The notes under the pieces are model-generated. The model made no database searches and was not told where the DNA came from. It was given only the letters and a program-made list of their open reading frames with translations. From NCBI GenBank assembly GCA_963724765.1, contig CAVRVY010000001.1:224001-288000 (forward strand): DNA of 64,000 nt. Reading direction: 5' to 3'. The DNA is from an uncultured delta proteobacterium. Lineage in GTDB: Bacteria > Desulfobacterota > Binatia > Binatales > Binataceae. Both the position numbers and the translations under genes were made by a program. This document shows positions 58,787-64,000 of the stretch, piece after piece (positions within the stretch are counted from its first letter, which is position 1; every line of letters starts with the position of its first letter).

Positions 58787-59589
58787 ACTCAATGCTTTTT
58801 TGACTACCAGTGCCCAGTGCGCGAACGGCCGGAACCCATCAGCGAAGCCCGGCCCGGAAGGCCGAAGGGAAGTCGCACGGGAGCCCGGCACGTCGTGGCG
58901 GACCCCGGCGTCGGCGGGCAACGGGGCCGAAACCGGGACAGCGTACGACCCAGGCGACGCGGCGCGCACGCGGCGGTTTCCGGGGCACAGTATATGAATC
59001 TGCCGCTGACCAAGGTCGCTCGCCAGACCTCCGAGGCCGTCAAGCGTCGCACGCGCGGCGTTCAGGCGCTGACGATCAAGCTTAGGACGATCGCGCCGTG
59101 GCTCTCCGAAAGCGACCTTCCGAGCACGATCGTGGGTGCCGCGCCCGCAGCGCCGCGCCAGTCGGCCGCGAGCGCCTGAATGAACGAGCCGTGCGCGAAC
59201 AGGATCTTGTCGCCGGTTATCTTTGCCCGGAGCATCGGCGAGCATTCGACAATGCGGGCGGCCATCGTGAAGATTCGGTCGGTCGACTGCTGAATCCGAG
59301 CTGATGACGTAGCCTTCGGCGTAACGCCCGCCGAGGCAGAGGACCGCCCAGAGCCCGACGAGGGCGCTGAACGTGCGCTTGCCGCTTTTTTTTGATGCAG
59401 GAGTACAAATACGTCCTGAACGGCAGGTCGCCGTTGGCTTTCAGCACCATGTGATCGAGGAACGCATCCTCGGCCGGAAGTAGAACGAACAGCTTCCCGG
59501 TCTCCGGGTTGACGCATTGCTCCCGTATAAACGCACCGGGGCCGCGTCGGTAGCGCGCGAACTTGGTGTTGCTTTGGTCGTTGCCCAAG

Positions 59590-60258
59590 CTGTGCGGCAA
59601 TCGTGGCCTGCGATGGCGGCTGGCTGCGCCGGAGATCGAACGGAGCGTGGTGATCGCTGTCCGGCAGATCCTGAAGGACCAAGTGGCTATCAGCACGGTT
59701 CTGCAGGAGGGTGGCATTTCGACCACGGAGCTAGCCTCCTCACTTAAGGTTGTTGAGGACTGCTGCGTACAGCTCGAGTCCCACCCTGAAATCGCAACAA
59801 CCATTTCGGAGGCGATCAAGCGGGTCGAGCTGAGTAAGGACGGAATTCAGCTAACTTTCAACCTCGCGCCGCTGATTTTCCACCAGATCATTCCTTCCGG
59901 TGCGGGGCTTGCAATCACTTGGTTAGTACCGCTGCAGATCAAGCGTCGCGGCGTGGCGTTGCGGTTGGTACTGAAGGGCGAGGCGATTGCGGTGCAGAGG
60001 ACCGACCCAGCTCTCCTCAAAGCCATTTCCCGCGCGCATCCGTGGTTCGCCGAGCTCATATCAGGACGCGTGGCATCCACCATCGAGCTTGCTAAGCGAG
60101 AACGCCTAAACGACAGCTATGTCCGCCGTCTGGTGCGATTGGCTTTCCTGTCACCCACGATCATCGAAGCAATTTGCACTGGTTAACAACCGGCTGACCT
60201 TACCGCGCAAAACTTGACGCGCGTTGCCGATGTCCCTCTCGGCTGGCACTCTCCTTAA
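59590..60258 (+). pseudogene. Large serine recombinase C-terminal fragment
   Basis: WRLAAPEIE..V; IKRRG..LRLV; DPALLKAI.RAH.W..L..G...ELAKRE...SYV.RL.RLAFL.P.I.EAI..G*QPADLT (internal stop). Confidence 0.82.
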
Positions 60259-60543
60259 TCAAACATCCGATTTTCCAGCTTTTCGAACCGCGACTTATTC
60301 TGCCCTCATTACCACCTCATCTATCTCTGAGGTACTGAATCCCCACCGGGAGCATGCAAATCGTATCGAAACCGCTCGACTCATCACCTGGCACCGAGCG
60401 AATTCGAAACAAAGAGAAATTTCGCCAGTCGCGGCGTGATGGGAGTAATGTGGATTTCTCCGGTCCGGTGTCCCACGTCGAACCGCCGTACACACGGACA
60501 ATTCCAGCAATTCTCCGGAGATTCTTAGAAATCGGGGACTCGT

Positions 60544-60567
60544 TGGCGGAGCGAATGGGATTCGAAC
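60544..60567 (-). other. tRNA(Ser-like) 3'-end fragment, att-like remnant
   Basis: Reverse complement GTTCGAATCCCATTCGCTCCGCCA gives a T-loop plus an acceptor 3' strand ending GCCA; no 5' half; about 290 bp downstream of the recombinase remnant. Confidence 0.7.
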
Positions 60568-60742
60568 TATCGGTTATCTCTCTAGACATATCGCTTTGCT
60601 CTCCGACATCGCAGGCTCAACTGCGTAAAGCCCATCGATACCGCAACGATCACAATGGGTATTTACGCACCACTTGGTTGTGACCGCCAGGCCGCCTGAC
60701 AGACGCCCATGCATGCTCACCTTTCTCATGCCCACAGAAAGC

Positions 60743-61789
60743 TCACGGGGCCTTGGACGCTCGAGTAGTCCGGCTCCAGCGAACGGTCTGAAAATTGTAC
60801 GCTGTGTTCTCGACCGCCTCTCTCAGTACTCCCCAGTAGGTGTGAGTCAGATGAGCGGCATCGCGAAAGCCTGGTTTTGAAACCAGGACAGCGTGGAGTT
60901 CGGGAAGGCGATAGAAGGGAACGCTCGGATAGAAGTGGTGCTCGATATGATAGTTAACGTTCTTTGGCGCAACGAATATACGCTCCATCAAGGTGACACT
61001 CGTTGTGCGCGTATGCCCATATATATTGTAGCTGTCAGGTATGGCAGAATGTTCCGCGATACTGCGCAGACGAAGGATCACGACTAGCCACGTAAACATC
61101 GGGACAAGCCAATACTGAATAAAGAACTTTAGTGCGCCATCCCAAAATAGCACGAGAGCCACTGCAAGGTAGAATCCATATCGCATAACGATGATTCCTC
61201 TGCTTACGCTTGTGTCTTTCGACGTGACGGTGCGGACAAGCCTGAGAAAGGTAATAGCACCGAGCCCGGACAAATCGCGAAGCAGCAACGATGCGAGTTC
61301 GCTGGGACGCTTCGGAAAGACCCAGTCAGGGTCAGTCTGTTTGCGAGCCCAATCGGGATCCTGGTCCGTATTCAGGTAACGATGATGTGAAAAATGGTTA
61401 AGACGGTAAGCTCTCGCCGAAATTAGGCAGGGCCATGCCAAAAGTATCTCAGTCGCCCAATCATTAAATCGTCTATTTCGAAACAACCGATAGTGGACAC
61501 CGTCGTGCATCAAGATCAAAAGTGCGTGTTGCCTGGCTCCGAGAAATGCTACAGCAAGCAGATACAGAAACGGATTCCAGAGCCTTTCGCAGAAGTAGAT
61601 CGTGCCCAGAACGAGTGTCCACTCTGCACTGATGTGTAGGCAGCTCAACCAGGCATTGATCTCGGACAATTTTCCTATTTCTTCCTTGGAGAGCCTGATA
61701 GGCACGTCGCTAGCGAATGCGTCAGAAGCGCGGCTTCGGCCTCTCGATTGGTTTACCAATTCAACTGTCATATTCTTCCCCTCGACCAT
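60743..61789 (-). CDS. Membrane fatty-acid desaturase family protein
   Basis: His boxes HDGVH, HFSHH, EH, HIEHH plus PSVPFYRLPELH. The true start may be 61771. Confidence 0.92.
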   Translation of the reverse strand: MVEGKNMTVELVNQSRGRSRASDAFASDVPIRLSKEEIGKLSEINAWLSCLHISAEWTLVLGTIYFCERLWNPFLYLLAVAFLGARQHALLILMHDGVHYRLFRNRRFNDWATEILLAWPCLISARAYRLNHFSHHRYLNTDQDPDWARKQTDPDWVFPKRPSELASLLLRDLSGLGAITFLRLVRTVTSKDTSVSRGIIVMRYGFYLAVALVLFWDGALKFFIQYWLVPMFTWLVVILRLRSIAEHSAIPDSYNIYGHTRTTSVTLMERIFVAPKNVNYHIEHHFYPSVPFYRLPELHAVLVSKPGFRDAAHLTHTYWGVLREAVENTAYNFQTVRWSRTTRASKAP

Positions 61790-61790
61790 T

Positions 61791-61821
61791 GCTCAATCAA
61801 TTGCGTGGTAGTTGATTGAGC
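61791..61821. promoter_or_regulatory. Perfect 10-bp inverted repeat upstream of the desaturase
   Basis: GCTCAATCAA-11 nt-TTGATTGAGC. Confidence 0.55.
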
Positions 61822-61890
61822 GCACATAGCATATTTGCTGTAACGCAACACACGAGACTGACACAGCTATGACTCCGCGACGGTGTGGCG

Positions 61891-62607
61891 CTACGCTAGT
61901 CCGCTGGCATTGTCACCGCCGTGTGCAACAGCGAGAAACCTCGCAGCTTGCTCGACCGGTGGAAGTGCAGGACGAAACGAACTAGGCCTCAGCCGAACAG
62001 AATTCATGAATCGGACTACGCGATGACTGTCCAAGGCTTCGACGCTAAGGCCGGCGACACCCATGATCAGTTTTTGCAGCGGCTTACCTTCCAAAATCAC
62101 CGGCCACACCAATGGTCTGGCTCCTTCGAGGGTTTCCACGTATGGATATTCGACCGGCTCACCCACCTTGACGAATCCCATCGCGGCATAGAATCCCATG
62201 TGGTCGGATGACCCGACGGCCAAATAGGCAAGAACCGTGCAGGCCTGAAGCCGAACAACCTGAATCGCAGCGCCATGCCATGCACGCATCCCCGCACCCC
62301 TGGAGAGTGACCAATGATCACTGCACTCCAGCACCGATCGAGGGTGCAAATGGCCGAGGTCCGGTTTCGAGCAGCTTTGGGGAAAAGTCTCAAGGTTATG
62401 CATCGCAATGCCTGCGATCATTCGTTCTGCTGGATCTTCTTCGTGTTCGAACACCGCGTAGAGGTTCGCCGCCTCGAGACGGGCTCTGTTATCGTTCCGC
62501 AAGCCGCATACTTCTTTATAAAGTCCCCCGTGCCTGGCGCGAGCCTCCGCTACGCGTTCCGCAAAAATCCCGCGCTCAACCCTTGTCGTCAGTAGGCGCA
62601 TTTCCAT
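61891..62607 (-). CDS. GNAT-fold acyltransferase-like protein (LuxI/FeeM-like, tentative)
   Basis: RBS AAGGAG; LYAVF..MIAGIAM, VLECSDHWS..RGAG, FYAAMGF.KVGEPVEYP. Confidence 0.6.
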   Translation of the reverse strand: MEMRLLTTRVERGIFAERVAEARARHGGLYKEVCGLRNDNRARLEAANLYAVFEHEEDPAERMIAGIAMHNLETFPQSCSKPDLGHLHPRSVLECSDHWSLSRGAGMRAWHGAAIQVVRLQACTVLAYLAVGSSDHMGFYAAMGFVKVGEPVEYPYVETLEGARPLVWPVILEGKPLQKLIMGVAGLSVEALDSHRVVRFMNSVRLRPSSFRPALPPVEQAARFLAVAHGGDNASGLA

Positions 62608-63690
62608 CGCAATCTCCTTGTGAATGACTGAATGTTTTCTTGGCAAGAGCCCCCGACTGCCAAAGTGCCCATGGCGGGGCGCGCACCTGAGCAAACCACC
62701 GTCCGCTAACAGGACGGCGGTCACCAGGCATCGAACGAACAGGCGCGCCAGAGTCTCCAGTGAACTCGGCACAACGGGCGAGTGAAGTAGGCGTTAATCG
62801 CCGAGGAGGGTCGCCGCTTGTGTGCTGTCTCGCGTCTTCGATCGGCTTGTTCGCCGGCGTACGCCGCGCTTTATGCGCATCGTCGCTGCGGGAGGAGAAG
62901 TGGCCAAGTCGGCACATAGGCCTATCCGTCGTGGAAGGATATTTCATGAGGCCGCCCCCAGATACCCGGGGAGCGCATCCTGATTGTTCGAGGCAGTGGC
63001 GCATCGCCTTTTAGTCGTGCCAATCGAGATCGAATAGCAACTGGACTACTCCTGTTCCAGCGACGGCCGACGCGAGGCACCAGCGCAGGTGACTCTGAGG
63101 GCGATCCTCTTTGTGCCTCCTCTTTGTCCTCGGCGCGTGCGGCTATAGTCACTACAGCAACAACAGATGTTGAGTCGGGATAGAGGCGTAATCAGCCGAT
63201 TGCATCCTCGATTGAGTATTAGCGCGCGCTCCGAATACCCTTTGGTCGCTATCCAGCGAACGGGATCCCGCGAAGGCCGGGACTACTTCATCTAGCCCTA
63301 CTCGCGCTGGGCACGTTGCACGCCCCGGCACTTGGGATGAGATTAGCTCGGAATCGAATGGCGACGACCGAAACAGCTTGATCGTCACCAGACAGTGGCG
63401 TAAAAGGGAGACGGGGCAACAATGTACTGATAGTCGAGTGCGCCTCGACCGTGTTGATTGCGCCCGAGCGTTGCGGTCGACGCCCAATGAAGCGCTCCTT
63501 GTCCGGTCTGCAAATCTCTACGTCTCAGGTCAATCACGACCCGGCGCTTTGTTGACAGACAGTCAGCTTTTGCTGTCTATTAGCTTAGGCCGCCAAGAAA
63601 TGGCAAGGGCCTCTGCTGTCAGAGCTGTAACCAGGGATTTGACGTGATGATGGGAGCAGCGTATTTGTTCTAAGCGACGTGGTGTGGCTT

Positions 63691-64000
63691 ATGGGTGGCA
63701 ATAAACGCATCTCAACGCTGGAAGGATTGATAGCCGACATTTTGGCATCAATTGGTAACGCTTCACGTCGGCAATCCGCTACGTTCGGGAGCGCCATTGA
63801 AGAGATCAGATCTTTATCGGAAAGCGACTATGGTCCCGCCCTCCGCAGGTCCTTCAGCCGCTGCGAGATTCAGGAAATAGTCGCAGAGGCGAGACGGCGG
63901 GTATGGCAGCATCTAAATCGCGAGCCAGTGAAGATCGGTCCCCCTCAAGAATTCACAAGTCGGTGGTCCAACCTTGGTGTTGACTTCCGGCTAGCCAGCA
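63691..64000 (+). CDS. Hypothetical protein, runs off the window's right edge
   Basis: Manual translation: 103 codons open from ATG 63691 (MGGNKRISTLEGLIADIL...). Confidence 0.45.
   Translation, partial: MGGNKRISTLEGLIADILASIGNASRRQSATFGSAIEEIRSLSESDYGPALRRSFSRCEIQEIVAEARRRVWQHLNREPVKIGPPQEFTSRWSNLGVDFRLAS

Noticed and set aside
60544-60567. Functional tRNA-Ser gene
   Set aside because: Only the 3' 24 nt are present, with no D or anticodon arm; the same applies to the split site at 40191/46470.
62620-63690. Short ORFs upstream of the GNAT-like gene
   Set aside because: Overlapping, with no motifs or convincing RBS; treated as non-coding or degraded DNA.

Overview
This is a GC-rich bacterial accessory region. 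The gene repertoire resembles soil Candidatus Binatia/Acidobacteria-type genomes, but that is inference only. (i) 0-15.6 kb: Fe-ADH, an HTH-EIIA(Ntr)/pckG operon with two small unknown genes, pentapeptide and GIY-YIG genes, many mobile-element remnants (integrase, Mrr, group II intron RT, ardC, ssb) and a TetR/LLM/NTF2/acyl-CoA dehydrogenase catabolic cluster. (ii) An intact IS21 (15601-18153) with no target duplication, next to a diverged duplicate of the pckG 3' module. (iii) 18.9-40 kb: an apparent sigma-54 regulon with an enhancer-binding protein carrying a globin-like N-terminus and four -24/-12 motifs. It covers three Hsp20s plus DnaJ, PFOR plus a DHOD-like flavoprotein, and a 10-gene heme-copper oxidase operon. 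Subunit I of this oxidase keeps all metal ligands and the D-channel but lacks the K-channel residues (natural T359F/K362M equivalents), and the operon also encodes a cupredoxin, an outer-membrane porin and a cytochrome c. (iv) A 6.2-kb IS1595-family cargo transposon (40206-46446; 23-bp IRs, 8-bp TSD) inserted in the T-loop of a tRNA 3'-half. It carries a VapBC45-like TA pair, a type IIG restriction-modification enzyme, small ORFs and an 88-nt tRNA with a Leu-type body but a Pro (UGG) anticodon. (v) 47-64 kb: a dimethylformamidase-like alpha/beta plus deacetylase cluster, LysR with secreted NTF2-like proteins, integrative-element remnants, and a GNAT/LuxI-like plus desaturase pair. All family calls come from motif recognition by eye; no database searches were run.
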